The notes beneath the pieces are model-generated. The model was not told the origin of the DNA. It was given only the letters and a program-made list of their open reading frames with translations, and did not search any database. Positions 9,923 to 20,721 of a stretch of DNA of 64,000 bases are shown here, one piece after another; positions within the stretch are counted from its first letter, which is position 1, and each line of letters opens with the position of its first letter. Location: NCBI GenBank assembly GCA_963697165.1, contig CAVOMX010000018.1:65313-129312 (forward strand). Direction: 5' to 3'. The position numbers and the translations under genes were made by a program. The DNA comes from Candidatus Bathyarchaeota archaeon. GTDB lineage: Archaea; Thermoproteota; Bathyarchaeia; Bathyarchaeales; Bathyarchaeaceae.

Positions 9923-10846
9923 ATGAGAAGTTTGAAAAAGAACAAAAAAGGTGTCTCCACAGTCGTAGGTTCGATGCTTTTCTTAATCATAATAATAATG
10001 TTAGCCTCAACTCTGTTTCTTGGACTCTACGGCTACAACAATAGTGCACAAGAAGCAATCATACTAGAAGAGGCAAGAGCTGAAGAAAAAATAGTAATTG
10101 ATGAACTAGTAACAGACGCAGAAGTCACAGAAATAACTGCGATAAATGTTAAAAATGTCGGCTCAAGTGCAGTCAGGATACGCGCTATTTATGTAGATAA
10201 TACTTTGATTTATGATCCCTTAACTTACATTGATGCAAAAGAGGATGCATTACTAACATTACCAGATCCAACTCCCTACACGTCTACTTCAATAATTACA
10301 GCTGCAACTGAAAGAGGAGTTAAATCTACAATAGAAGAAGGAGATCTGATAGAAAACTATCAAACCCCTCTTGATAACGAATTTTATTTTGGGCCTTTAA
10401 AATTGGATTTTGAAGAATTCTATTACATCAAGGTTTTGGAAGGAACATATGATCCGACTGAAATCGAGCCAGGATGGAATCCTGATTCATCTACAACTTT
10501 GGTTTGGCGAATAACCGTCACTAACATTGACACCAGAACGATTAATCTAACTAAATATTCGTGTCTCACGTTGATTGACAATGCAGGTGGTTCTCAAAGA
10601 CCATGGTACATCGAAAAAATTGAACATGAAACTGGACCTAATTCATCATCGATCCTGCCTCAGGAAACTGTAAACATATTTTACAGATGGGATAATCCGA
10701 TATCACAAAAACATCAAAGCGTTTTTTCAAACGATTGCCAATGCAGAGTAATTTTAACCTTTTTTGGATCATTTGACCTATCTGGTGACAGAACTATTCC
10801 GTATGGTCAGACAATACCGTTTGAAGCTGTTTTAATCGATAAATAA
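9923..10846 (+). CDS. large minor pilin-like protein
   Basis: KKG|VSTVVGSMLFL signal; paralogous to neighbours, ends YGQTIPFEAV. Confidence 0.8.
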   Translation: MRSLKKNKKGVSTVVGSMLFLIIIIMLASTLFLGLYGYNNSAQEAIILEEARAEEKIVIDELVTDAEVTEITAINVKNVGSSAVRIRAIYVDNTLIYDPLTYIDAKEDALLTLPDPTPYTSTSIITAATERGVKSTIEEGDLIENYQTPLDNEFYFGPLKLDFEEFYYIKVLEGTYDPTEIEPGWNPDSSTTLVWRITVTNIDTRTINLTKYSCLTLIDNAGGSQRPWYIEKIEHETGPNSSSILPQETVNIFYRWDNPISQKHQSVFSNDCQCRVILTFFGSFDLSGDRTIPYGQTIPFEAVLIDK

Positions 10847-12099
10847 TGAAGGAAGCAATGAAAATGAAAAAAATTAGAAAGTTTAGACAAGATAAGAAGG
10901 GAGTTTCATCTCTATTCATTGCTATTTTCATTGCTTTATTGTCTATAATGCTAATTTCAACCCTATTTGTTAGTTTAGTGATTTCAAGTTCTGCATTGAC
11001 CGACAATTTGAGGCTTGAACAAGAAAAGATGCAAGAAAGTATTAAATTGCAGGGACCAAATGGATTAGAATTGCTTCCTGATCAGGCCACAGTGAAATCG
11101 TTAAGAGTAAAAAATAACGGAGCAATACCTGTAAGGATAAGGGCGTTATATATTGGTCAAGAATTTATTTGTGATCCTTCAGAAGCTCCAAATCAAGACA
11201 CTTTTATAGCACCAGGAAAAGAAAAATGGATTGATTTATTTTTTGATCATCCAAATTTGCCAATTATCCTCGATGACGATATTATAGAATCTTTGTGGAC
11301 AGTAGCAACAGAAAGAGGCACACGATCATCCGAAACAGGTGCCGATATTCAGTTTGGAAAACCCGGAGAGACAAGTCTTCCGCAGTTCTATATTGGTCCA
11401 CTTATGATTTTTTTTGATATGTTTAACTGGAAAAGTGCTGATGGCGAATGGCAAAGCGGTTGGACAATACCTAAAACTGCTGATGAAGTAACGTGGCGTA
11501 TACTATTAAGAAACGTAGATCAACGTCAAATTACACTTAGAGACACATCTTTCTTTAATTTAGTGTGTAACAACAATATTCCCAACAACATTTTAGACTG
11601 GTATATTGACGATGATGCAGCTAGAAGAGTGTTTAATCCGGGTCAATACCATTATGTGCACTTCACAGTTGACAAAAATGGGAAACCCCAAGGTATCAAC
11701 AGCTTTCAAGAATGGACATCGTGTATTAACTTTCTAGTTCTCACAGGCATATTTGAAGATGGGTCATATATTGGACAAACAATACCTTTTGAAGCAGTGC
11801 TTGTAACGCCTGAACCAGAATTAACTATAACTGCTAACCCATCAACTGTACCGCCTGGTTATGGAACAGAATCTAAATCCCTAATAACTGTGACATTGAC
11901 GGATTCTTTGGGAACACCGATTCCTAATTCTTTGGTTCACTTTTCGACAAATTTGGGTGCTATAACCGAGTTCTCAATTACAGACCTTGATGGGGTTGCA
12001 CAAGTTACTTTCACTGCAGGACTCGTTACTGGAAGAGCTGCTTTGACTGCAACAAGTCAAGGGGCATCTGATTCAACAACTGTAACTGTGAGACGATGA
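10846..12099 (+). CDS. large minor pilin-like adhesin with C-terminal Ig-like (Big_1/invasin-type) domain
   Basis: KKG|VSSLFIAIF signal; IGQTIPFEAV followed by 'LTITANPSTV...ITVTLTDSLGTPIPNSLVHFSTNLG...TDLDGVAQVTF'. Confidence 0.8.
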   Translation: MKEAMKMKKIRKFRQDKKGVSSLFIAIFIALLSIMLISTLFVSLVISSSALTDNLRLEQEKMQESIKLQGPNGLELLPDQATVKSLRVKNNGAIPVRIRALYIGQEFICDPSEAPNQDTFIAPGKEKWIDLFFDHPNLPIILDDDIIESLWTVATERGTRSSETGADIQFGKPGETSLPQFYIGPLMIFFDMFNWKSADGEWQSGWTIPKTADEVTWRILLRNVDQRQITLRDTSFFNLVCNNNIPNNILDWYIDDDAARRVFNPGQYHYVHFTVDKNGKPQGINSFQEWTSCINFLVLTGIFEDGSYIGQTIPFEAVLVTPEPELTITANPSTVPPGYGTESKSLITVTLTDSLGTPIPNSLVHFSTNLGAITEFSITDLDGVAQVTFTAGLVTGRAALTATSQGASDSTTVTVRR

Positions 12100-12156
12100 T
12101 GCCATGTTTACACAGTTTATATTATTTCTCAAAAAAGTAATTATGGAGATGTAAGC

Positions 12157-13777
12157 GTGAAGAAGTTCTGGAATGGTTGGGTAAAACAAAAACAAAATGT
12201 TGAAATTGACCAATTAGTTGTCGAAACCCAAACTAATACATCCAATGATTTTGCTGAAGAAGTGTTAGTTGAGCCCATAGAGATTCCAGAGACGTTTAAA
12301 GAATATTATCCTCTGCTAGATCCCCACTCTTACGCTGCTATAGTAGAAGATAATAAAAATGAACTTAAATATTCACTTTTAGAACCCACTCTAACTTTAG
12401 AGGATAAAAAGTGGATTAAAGAGATAAAAGACATTTTATGGGATGAACTGTTAGTTAACTCCAAAGAACTTAAAAACAAAGATGAATCAGAACAATTTCT
12501 AAAAACAAAAATTGAGGAAAAAGTCAAAGAAATACAAAATAGAAGTTAACATAAACGTATTAGACAAATATCAATACTACATAACACGGGATTTCCTGAA
12601 TTTTGGAAAAATTGATGGATTAATGCGAGACGATAATATTGAAGACATCTCTTGCGATGGTACGGGGATACCCATGTTTGTTTGGCATCGAAAATATGAA
12701 TCTATTCCCTCTAACATAATTTTTGAAACTGCAGAAGAGCTTGAAAATTTTGTTTTTAAACTTGCTTACATGTGCGGTAGACACATCTCGATTGCTCAAC
12801 CTTTACTTGATGGGACTCTTCCAGATGGAAGCAGAGCACAAGTAACCTATGGCACAGAAGTAACACCCAAAGGCAGCACTTTTACTATACGAAAATTCAA
12901 AAAAACTCCTCTCACCATCACTGATCTTTTGGTTTACAATGCGCTTTCACCAGAAATGGCAGCTTACTTCTGGTTTCTTATCGAGAATCGACATTCAGTA
13001 ATGATAGGTGGTGATATCGGAGGAGGAAAAACTTCTATGCTAAATGCAATTAGCCTCTTCATCAGACCGACCTTAAAAGTAGTAAGTATTGAAGACACTC
13101 AAGAGATTAGATTACCTCATCAGAACTGGGAAATGATGGTAACCCGCCAAGGACTGGGTACAAGTGGAGGCGCAATGGGTGAAGGGGGAATCGGATCAAT
13201 TAGTATGTTTGATCTTCTACGTGCTTCATTAAGGCAAAGACCAGACTTTATTATCGTAGGTGAAATTCGAGGTGAAGAAGCCTACGCTCTATTTCCAAGC
13301 CATGGCTACCGGACATCTTGGTTTGACAACAATTCACGCTGAACATGTTCAAGGTGTACTGCATAGGCTTACAACAAGACCAATGAATATTCCACACACG
13401 CAAGTAGAAAACTTAAACGCCATATCTATTGTCCGAAGACTGGTTGTTGACAATGTTTCCTTAAGGAGGACAGTTAGTGTTTCCGAAATGGTTGGTTGGG
13501 ACAGAAAAAAGAAGGATTTCAAACTAAAAGAAATTTTCAGATGGGACGCTGAAAAAGACGTTTTCACTAAAGTGGGAAAAAGTCCCTTGCTTAAGCAAAT
13601 AGCAGATCAATGGGGTTATTCTATGAATGAAATTGACCAGGAACTTAGAAAAACGAAAAGTGATCCTAGAATACATGGTGTTAAAAAACATACGCTCCTA
13701 CGAGGACGTCTCTAAACTGGTTTTAGATTATTTCTGCTGAACCAGAAAAAATCTACAGAAAAGCAAAGGTGAATTAA
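12157..13777 (+). CDS. type II/IV secretion / pilus assembly ATPase (FlaI/TadA family), frameshifted in assembly
   Basis: 'IEDISCDG', Walker A GDIGGGKT, 'SIEDTQE', 'LRQRPDFIIVGEIRGEEA', 'FQAMATGH' across joined ORFs. Confidence 0.9.
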
Positions 13778-13782
13778 AAACA

Positions 13783-14661
13783 ATGATACTTGACCCATGG
13801 AGCTTTGCCTATAGAATCTTCAGCAAAAGAATTGATAGGTATTTACCTCAATTCCAAGATGTTCATATTCAACTCAAAAAAAGTGGAAGACGAGTTACCT
13901 TCAAAGCTTATATTTCCTTTATGTTTTTTGCCTCAACTATTGCATTCGTAGCAACGATGGTAGTGTCTCCACTTGTGTTACCATTCATTCTTGGATTTGC
14001 ATTTTTATCTGTCGCCAATATTTTGCTTAGCTTAATGTTTGCAGGTCTCGCTTTTGTTTTAACTCTAATATTTTTCTACTTATATCCCGGTATAATGGCA
14101 AGTAACCGAAAAATCCCAATCGAAAACAATCTACCTTACATTTCTAGCTTCTTGACACTGCTCTCAAGCTCAAATGTACCACCAAGTGTAATTTTTCGTT
14201 CAATGGCTAGAATTGAGACCCTCTCAGAAGTTAAGCTGGAATTTAGCAACATCGTAAGAGATGTAGAAGTTTTCGGGAAAGATCTTATGAATTCAATCCT
14301 TGAGAATGTGAAATACACTCCAAACGATAAATTACGTGAAATGCTCAAAGGATATGTCGCAACGGTTCGAACCGGAGGTAATCCCACTGAATATCTTAGA
14401 ATTTCTACTGATAATTTAGCAAGAGAAAGAATGAGTAAACTAGATGTAATGTTAGAATCTTTATCTGCTATAGCTGAAATCTACATCTTAGTTCTCGTTG
14501 CTATGCCCCTGCTTTTCGTTGTGCTGCTTGCTACCTTAGGTATGATAGGTAGCGGAGGAATGGGTATGAATCCTGCCTGGATACTCTACCTCTTAACTTA
14601 TGTAGGAATCCCCATAATGGCCGCTGTAATAATTGTATTAGTTTCAACTTTTGAGAAGTGA
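13783..14661 (+). CDS. TadC/FlaJ-like (T2SSF) membrane platform protein
   Basis: T2SSF layout 'IENNLPY...EFSNIVRDVEVFGKDL...TVRTGGN'. Confidence 0.85.
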   Translation: MILDPWSFAYRIFSKRIDRYLPQFQDVHIQLKKSGRRVTFKAYISFMFFASTIAFVATMVVSPLVLPFILGFAFLSVANILLSLMFAGLAFVLTLIFFYLYPGIMASNRKIPIENNLPYISSFLTLLSSSNVPPSVIFRSMARIETLSEVKLEFSNIVRDVEVFGKDLMNSILENVKYTPNDKLREMLKGYVATVRTGGNPTEYLRISTDNLARERMSKLDVMLESLSAIAEIYILVLVAMPLLFVVLLATLGMIGSGGMGMNPAWILYLLTYVGIPIMAAVIIVLVSTFEK

Positions 14662-14668
14662 TTCTAAA

Positions 14669-15509
14669 ATGAAAATAATAAGAAAAACACTCAAAAAAAT
14701 TACCATCATTTCAGCCATAGCAGGGATAGCTTTATTCTTTTGGTGCAATACCATTCTACATTACTTCCTCTGACTTGGACTATGTTCTGGTCTTTGCGTT
14801 TACTGTCGCTGTTTTGCCTCCAGGAATTGCTAGTATAATCCATAATCGATGGCAAAATAAAATAGAAAAAGCAACCCCCGAATTCTTAAGAGATCTATCC
14901 ACATCCTTTCGAACAGGTATGCCCCTATATGCTGCTCTTGAACATGCAGCCAAAAGAGATTATGGTCCTCTAACTACAGAACTCAAATTGATGGTGTCTC
15001 AAATGAGTTGGGGAATGAACTTTAATGATGCACTTATGGAATTTAGCAAAAGAATCGACTTACCGTTAATAAAAAAAGCTACTGTTCTTATCCTGGAAGC
15101 TGGAAGACATGGAGGAGATCTTTCAGAAATCTTTGACTCCACAGCAAAATATGTAGATAATGTTAACGCATGGACCAATAAAAGAAGAATGCAAACACTA
15201 CCTTATGTGGCTATATTCTATTTCTCAGTAATCATATTCCTTTTCATAATCATCCTTATTACAAACATGATATTTGCACCCATGAGCGAAATTGCAGAGG
15301 GAGGATCTGCTGGACTTATAAATCCAATTCTTTCTTCCGAAATAGCTAGAAGAGTGTTTTTGCACACAGCCCTTCTAGAAGCACTCTTTGGCGGTATTCT
15401 CGCAGGAAAAATACATGAAAATTCGTTTCTTGGAGGCTTAAAACACGCAGCAGATACTAGCGATAACCTCAGGATTTGCCTTCTTTCATTTTCTTCCAAT
15501 AACCATTGA
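14669..15509 (+). CDS. second TadC-like (T2SSF) platform protein, frameshifted near both ends
   Basis: 'PEFLRDLS...GMPL..AL....DYGPLTTEL...SWGM...GGDLSEIF'. Confidence 0.85.
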
Positions 15510-15546
15510 CATAACAAGAGGATAGAATAATAGAAGGAAGAAGAAA

Positions 15547-16757
15547 ATGAGAAGAAGAGCAATAACGAAGCGCAACAAGAAAAGGAAGAACAATCATCTG
15601 TTCAATAGAAGCTCTATCGAAAGTAAAGAAAAATCATCAAAGACCAAAGAAACTGATGAATATCTCCAGGAAGAAAGAAAAGAAGCATATCTTGAACGCC
15701 CTTCACAAAATCTACTTAGAAGTCTTTTAAAAAACGGTAATAACGCGGAAATAATCCCGATTTATGATCCAAAATTAGGATTTATTTATCGAACTGCCGA
15801 ACAAGCCTTTGAAGAAGAAATATCCACGCCAAGAAGTTTTAGACTTTCTAGAACGTCTTACACGATTAGGTATACTTGAAAAGAGGTTTTTTGACACTGT
15901 TTCGACATGCCCACATTGTGAATCAACTGCAATGACGCTACATTATTATTGTCCAAAATGTAAAAGCCACAACCTAGTTAAAACTAATCTAACCGAACAT
16001 ATTCCATGTGGTTTCATAATAGAAAGAGAAAAGTATGTCAACGGAAAATGTCCAAGATGTGATGAACCACTCACAGATAAATCAATACAGGAACATGGGA
16101 CGATGGTATATTTGCAGAGATTGTAACGAAAAATTTGAACATCCTGACCTCGAAATCAATTGTCGAAAATGTAATAGAATCTTCACGATCGAAGAATCTA
16201 AAGTTCTAGAAATACCCAAATTTACTCTCAACACAATAAGAAAAAATGAGATAAGGCAAAACGTCGCCAGCCTTCAAAAAATAAGTAAACTCCTACAAGA
16301 CCTCAAATTCCAAGTAGAAATTCCCGGAATAGCCATTGGACAAAAGAGCGGTATGAAACACCATTTTAGCCTAATAGCAAGAAAGGAAATACAGGGAGAA
16401 GAAATTATTATAGCTCTTGACCATGCAGTAAGCGAAAGTGAAGTCCAATCATCTCCACTTATACTTTATATCTACAAGACTTCTGAAGTAAAAGTTGATA
16501 TACCAATCTTTATAGCGATCCACAAACTTAGCGAAAAAGCAAAAAAAGTAGCCCAAGGTCACCAAATTTTGCTGATCGAAGGCTCACCAGAAAGCCAAGA
16601 AACAATTGACCAAATAAAAATAGAAATAGAATTCAGACTTATACAAAAAACCCAGCCACACACAGAAACACCAATTCTGCCAAATGAACAACAAGAAAAG
16701 AAAGAAGACAAAAAAACAAATGGATACACAGAGCGAAATAAAACCACAATTATTTAG
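15547..16757 (+). CDS. TackOD1 (thaumarchaeal output domain 1) Zn-binding protein, frameshifted
   Basis: 'IIPIYDPKLGFIY', 'LERLTRLGIL...CPHC...CPKC...EHIPCG...CPRC...CRDC...CRKC' plus C-terminal 'GQKSGMKHHFSLIA' domain. Confidence 0.75.
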
Positions 16758-16985
16758 CACAATATCCTCCATACATCAACCTCAAAAATCAAACTAAAAA
16801 ATTTAACCGATTCATGAAAACCATAAAGAAAACTGCAAAAAGAGACAAAAGACGCCCTATAACAAACAATGAAAAATGCAATCAAAATTGAAAGCTACCA
16901 AAGCTCTCGTTATTGATTTACATTTCCAGTCAGCTTCACGAAATCATAATGTCTAAAATTGAAGAAAAGAAGGAAACAAGACAGA

Positions 16986-17459
16986 ATGGTTCAACCAGAA
17001 AACCAAAATAACGAAAATTCTGAATATGTAAGCTACTGTGGACTATTCTGTCCAGACTGTCCTCTTGTACGCTGGTAAAGTCTCCGATTTAGCTAGAGAC
17101 CTTACGGAAGGAACTTAGAAGAGTCCAATATGACAAGTTCGCAAAGTATATTTCCAAGTTCCCAGCAGGCAAAGAATTAGAAACAATTCAACGAATGCTA
17201 CACAATTCTTGGCACTCTAATGAAGTTTCGGTGCGAAAGAGGCTGCAGATTGGGTGGAGGAACAGACAATTGTCAAATAAGACAATGCAATCAAGATCAA
17301 AAACTACAAGGTTGCTGGCAATGCAAAAAATATAAAAATTGCACAAAATTAGACTCTTTAAATGCTCTCCATGGAAACTGCGCATCGAAAAAACTTGAAA
17401 CCATCCAAAAAAAGGGTATTTCTGAATTATCCAAGGAAAATAATCCGTGGTATAGCTAA
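16986..17459 (+). CDS. DUF3795-family Cys-rich protein, frameshifted
   Basis: 'SYCGLFCPDC' N-terminus and 'CERGCR...CQIRQC...GCWQC...C' C-terminus. Confidence 0.75.
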
Positions 17460-17505
17460 CAAATAAAATGACTCTGGTGCAGGTGTGAAAACAAATATTG
17501 TCAAT

Positions 17506-17851
17506 TTAGCTTTCAATTTTCGTTTTTTTATTCCATCTTTTTAGAAACAACAATACTATCGCTGAGAAAAGAAGTAGGATTCCTATTAGATAATAATGAA
17601 TAAGTTGTAAACCTATTCCCAAACTGATACTTTCTCCTGTTCGGGAGCCAAAAAATATTAAGCTGAAGTCTTTTCCCCAGACTGTTATATCTTTCCACAT
17701 TACAAATCCAACCTGATATAAGGGCCATTGACCCAATTACTATTAAGGAAATTATTACCACATTAAATGGTGTGAAATAAGTTTTCAATTCTTTTAATAG
17801 ACCAGATTTTTCTTGTTGCTGTTCAAGATTTTCTGTTCCACTTTTCTTCAT
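17506..17851 (-). CDS. small membrane protein, frameshifted
   Basis: two overlapping ORFs each contributing a hydrophobic helix. Confidence 0.5.
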
Positions 17852-18061
17852 AGTAGAGTAAAAAATCAATATCATACTCTCCACTATTACTTTTTTTAGA
17901 GTTAATATAAACTATGTAAACCGTATTCATTTGTCAAAGCATTGTGATATTACTCGAGTTTCTCCCCCAAACTCTTCTTTTCTTCTTTTATGAGCACTGA
18001 ATTTAACTTAGCTATTGTAACAATAATTATTAATTAAATGCTGATTATAAAAAATTTAGAA

Positions 18062-18175
18062 AGAAGGGTTTGCTGAGGCTTCTACACAGTTGTTGATGAG
18101 TAAGGTCACATTCAACCTTTTTTCAAGGGGGAAAGAATGTGTACTCCTGTGCTTGAGCCATTTCAGCCCCATTCT
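18062..18175. ncRNA. bulge-helix-bulge-type hairpin element, copy A
   Basis: GGG-TTT-GCTG-AGGCT ... AGCCA-TTT-CAGC-CCC; inner stems CACAG/CTGTG, GAGT/ACTC, CACATTC/GAATGTG; near-identical to copies at 60043 and 63658. Confidence 0.7.
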
Positions 18176-18645
18176 ATTCCTTTTATTAGTTCAAAAAAAG
18201 GGGGAAGATTTTTTGTGCATTGTATTGTATAAATAAATTTCATCATCCCAAAGCATTAATCAAGATTTTTTCTTTTATTGGTGTTACGAGTTCTGGTCGT
18301 TTTATGTTGAAAAAATGGCAATTGGTTCCGTTGTAGAAAACAGTTGGTTTAGGAAATAGATTGCATTTACCGTTGATTTTTCCCCCGTTGATCAATATTG
18401 GATTATGAGCAATTGATCCGAGTAACGACCATTACTCATTAACAAATAATTATGTAAAGTATTTAGAATATAAAATTTTGCATAAAATGATGAAGAAATA
18501 ACAGTTCCTTTTGATAAACAATTTATTATTTCCCCGAACGCACATTTTCATTCAAACATAAACCTAGGGTATCTTGACTAAGGGGATTTGTCTATAAGGA
18601 TATAGTTGGATTAGACCTTCTGTCGATTGACTTGAAGCTGCCCCT

Positions 18646-19467
18646 TCACGGTGACGCTGGAGCGAGCATCGGTGGATAGGAGTCCGAAGGATATTGAAGG
18701 TGAATCAACAGTATGAGCCCTAAGACTGTGGAATGCCACTTTTCGATATCAGGAGAATCCCAGCTTCCATCAGCATTCTGGTTCGCGATGACACACTCAA
18801 TAAAGGCATCGTCTACCCGTTCGCCCTGACCCGCCAGGCATAGGAAAGCTGCAGCTTCAAGCTCGATGTCATAAACCGACGAGTCTGAATTAATTAATTC
18901 AGCATTAGCACGATATATATCTTCAACAAAATCTTGGGAGATTACCTCTTCACAACCGTTCTCTTGAATCCATATCCAAGCTAGTAGTACATGAGTAAGA
19001 TTGTATCCTCCCTTTTTTGCCGCTTCCTCAAGCATCTCAGGATAATTTTTAGGTAGCCCCAACCGATCACAATATAATGCAGGGATAACGAAAATGTTGG
19101 TTTCACCCTGCTTATTCGCTTCATAAAAATCTGAAGGCGCAGGTTGATTGTTTTTATCTGCAATGCGTCGAAATACAGACATAGTTGGTGCAATAAGCGA
19201 ATTGCTGAAAATTTCTTCGTCAAAACGCTGCAAGGCATCCGCGAACTCTAAAATTCCAAAGCGACGATAAATTACGTCGAGAAAAAGCAGGGCGTACGGA
19301 TCGCGCGAGCCCTCGAAGAAGTCAATCGCTTTTTCGACCGCTACCAAATAATCTGATTGGACTGGTAAGTCTGGCGAAGGGTGCAGCATTAGAAATACTA
19401 CCAATAGACTGCATAACGCGGTTATAGCAAAAGCCAAAAAGAAAGCTCTACGTTTATTGATTTTCAT
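18646..19467 (-). CDS. membrane-anchored/secreted protein with prenyltransferase-like QW motif
   Basis: N-terminal hydrophobic helix; 'QNADGSW' motif. Confidence 0.6.
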   Translation of the reverse strand: MKINKRRAFFLAFAITALCSLLVVFLMLHPSPDLPVQSDYLVAVEKAIDFFEGSRDPYALLFLDVIYRRFGILEFADALQRFDEEIFSNSLIAPTMSVFRRIADKNNQPAPSDFYEANKQGETNIFVIPALYCDRLGLPKNYPEMLEEAAKKGGYNLTHVLLAWIWIQENGCEEVISQDFVEDIYRANAELINSDSSVYDIELEAAAFLCLAGQGERVDDAFIECVIANQNADGSWDSPDIEKWHSTVLGLILLIHLQYPSDSYPPMLAPASP

Positions 19468-19600
19468 AATTGTTTTCTATCCTTCCTTTTGCAAACATTA
19501 AACCAATTTTTTTCAACTTTTCCTAAACTTTTGTTATAAATCTATTTGTCATGCTTATAGGTTAAAAAAATTTTGCATGATCACCTCCCTAAGAATACTT

Positions 19601-19703
19601 GGACGACAAAGGTCAAGCTAAAAAATACTTACTTTTTCATCCTAGGATGTTATTTTGAACTAATAATAGATATAACATTAAGAGTGTCAGCATCTCACTG
19701 ACA
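19601..19703 (-). promoter_or_regulatory. shared promoter cassette copy 1: operator TGTCAG-N7-CTGACA (19685-19703), TATA-like box, 5' leader hairpin (19601-19642)
   Basis: perfect 6-bp inverted repeat; same architecture at 23812, 59643, 63275; lies between divergent TATA-like boxes next to trmB. Confidence 0.7.
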
Positions 19704-19752
19704 AATTTTATATAATTAATAAGTTCTAAATAACGTTGGGGAGAAACAAATT

Positions 19753-20562
19753 TTGGGTAGTGCGGGGAATATTCAAACCTTTACCCGTTTAGGTTTTACT
19801 GCTAACCAAGCAAAAGTATACCTTGCTCTTATTGACAGAGAGTTTTCTGCTGTAAAAGAAATCCAAAAAACCTCAGAAGTGCCTCGCCAAGAAATTTACA
19901 AAATCTTATCCACACTTCAAGAGATGGGTCTTCTACAATCAACATTAACTAGACCCGTCATGTTTAAAACAATTCCAATCCAACAAGCAGTCTCCTTTTT
20001 ATTGGAAAGAAAAATCAAGGAAACAGAAAATCTGCAAAAAGAGGCAGAATCATTGGTAGAGAATTATCAACATGAAAATCATAATAATCAAGTTCAGGAA
20101 TTTAAGCCCCAGTTTGTTTTAATCTCAAAACAAGAAGCATCCATAACGAAAAGGCGAGACGAGATTGATAACGCTCAATTGAGCCTCGATTTCATCACGT
20201 CATGGAAGAGATTTCCACTAACAATTCGTACCTTCAGAGAAAATGGAAAAAAAGCCTTAGAAAGAAAAGTGAAAATAAGGGTTATACTAGAAAAGCCAAA
20301 AGACATGAATGAGCTACCAGAGGAAATGTATGATTTCGAGAAATTCTCTAATTATCAACTCAGATATATTATTGATCCCCCTAAAGCGATAGCAGCAATT
20401 TTCGATAAGAAAAAGGCAATAATCAAAACCTCTGCATTAGGAGGTCTGGCAGACGCTCCAGCTTTATGGTCTGACAACCCATGTTTTCTATCAATATTAT
20501 CTGACTATTTTGAGTTAATGTGGATAACAGCAATAGAACATTCACCAGAACAGATTTTTTAA
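19753..20562 (+). CDS. TrmB-family transcription regulator
   Basis: 'LGFTANQAKVYLAL...VPRQEIYKILSTLQEMGL...RPVMFKTIP' HTH and C-terminal effector domain 'AIFDKK'. Confidence 0.9.
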   Translation: MGSAGNIQTFTRLGFTANQAKVYLALIDREFSAVKEIQKTSEVPRQEIYKILSTLQEMGLLQSTLTRPVMFKTIPIQQAVSFLLERKIKETENLQKEAESLVENYQHENHNNQVQEFKPQFVLISKQEASITKRRDEIDNAQLSLDFITSWKRFPLTIRTFRENGKKALERKVKIRVILEKPKDMNELPEEMYDFEKFSNYQLRYIIDPPKAIAAIFDKKKAIIKTSALGGLADAPALWSDNPCFLSILSDYFELMWITAIEHSPEQIF

Positions 20563-20721
20563 GAACATCCTGATGTGCTCAAAGAGTAATACTAAATGAT
20601 AATTTAGCCGAAATGTTCGTCTGGGTGACCACATCTCCCGATTAATTCCCCCTTTTTCCAGCTTTTCTGAAATAAAGATCACCATATAAAGAGTAGTCTA
20701 ACAAGGTTTAACGCCAGGAAT

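Noticed and set aside
7925..15509. Archaellum operon
   Set aside because: Two TadC-like genes, pilin-type subunits and no recognisable ArlF/G/H in the cluster favour a type IV pilus
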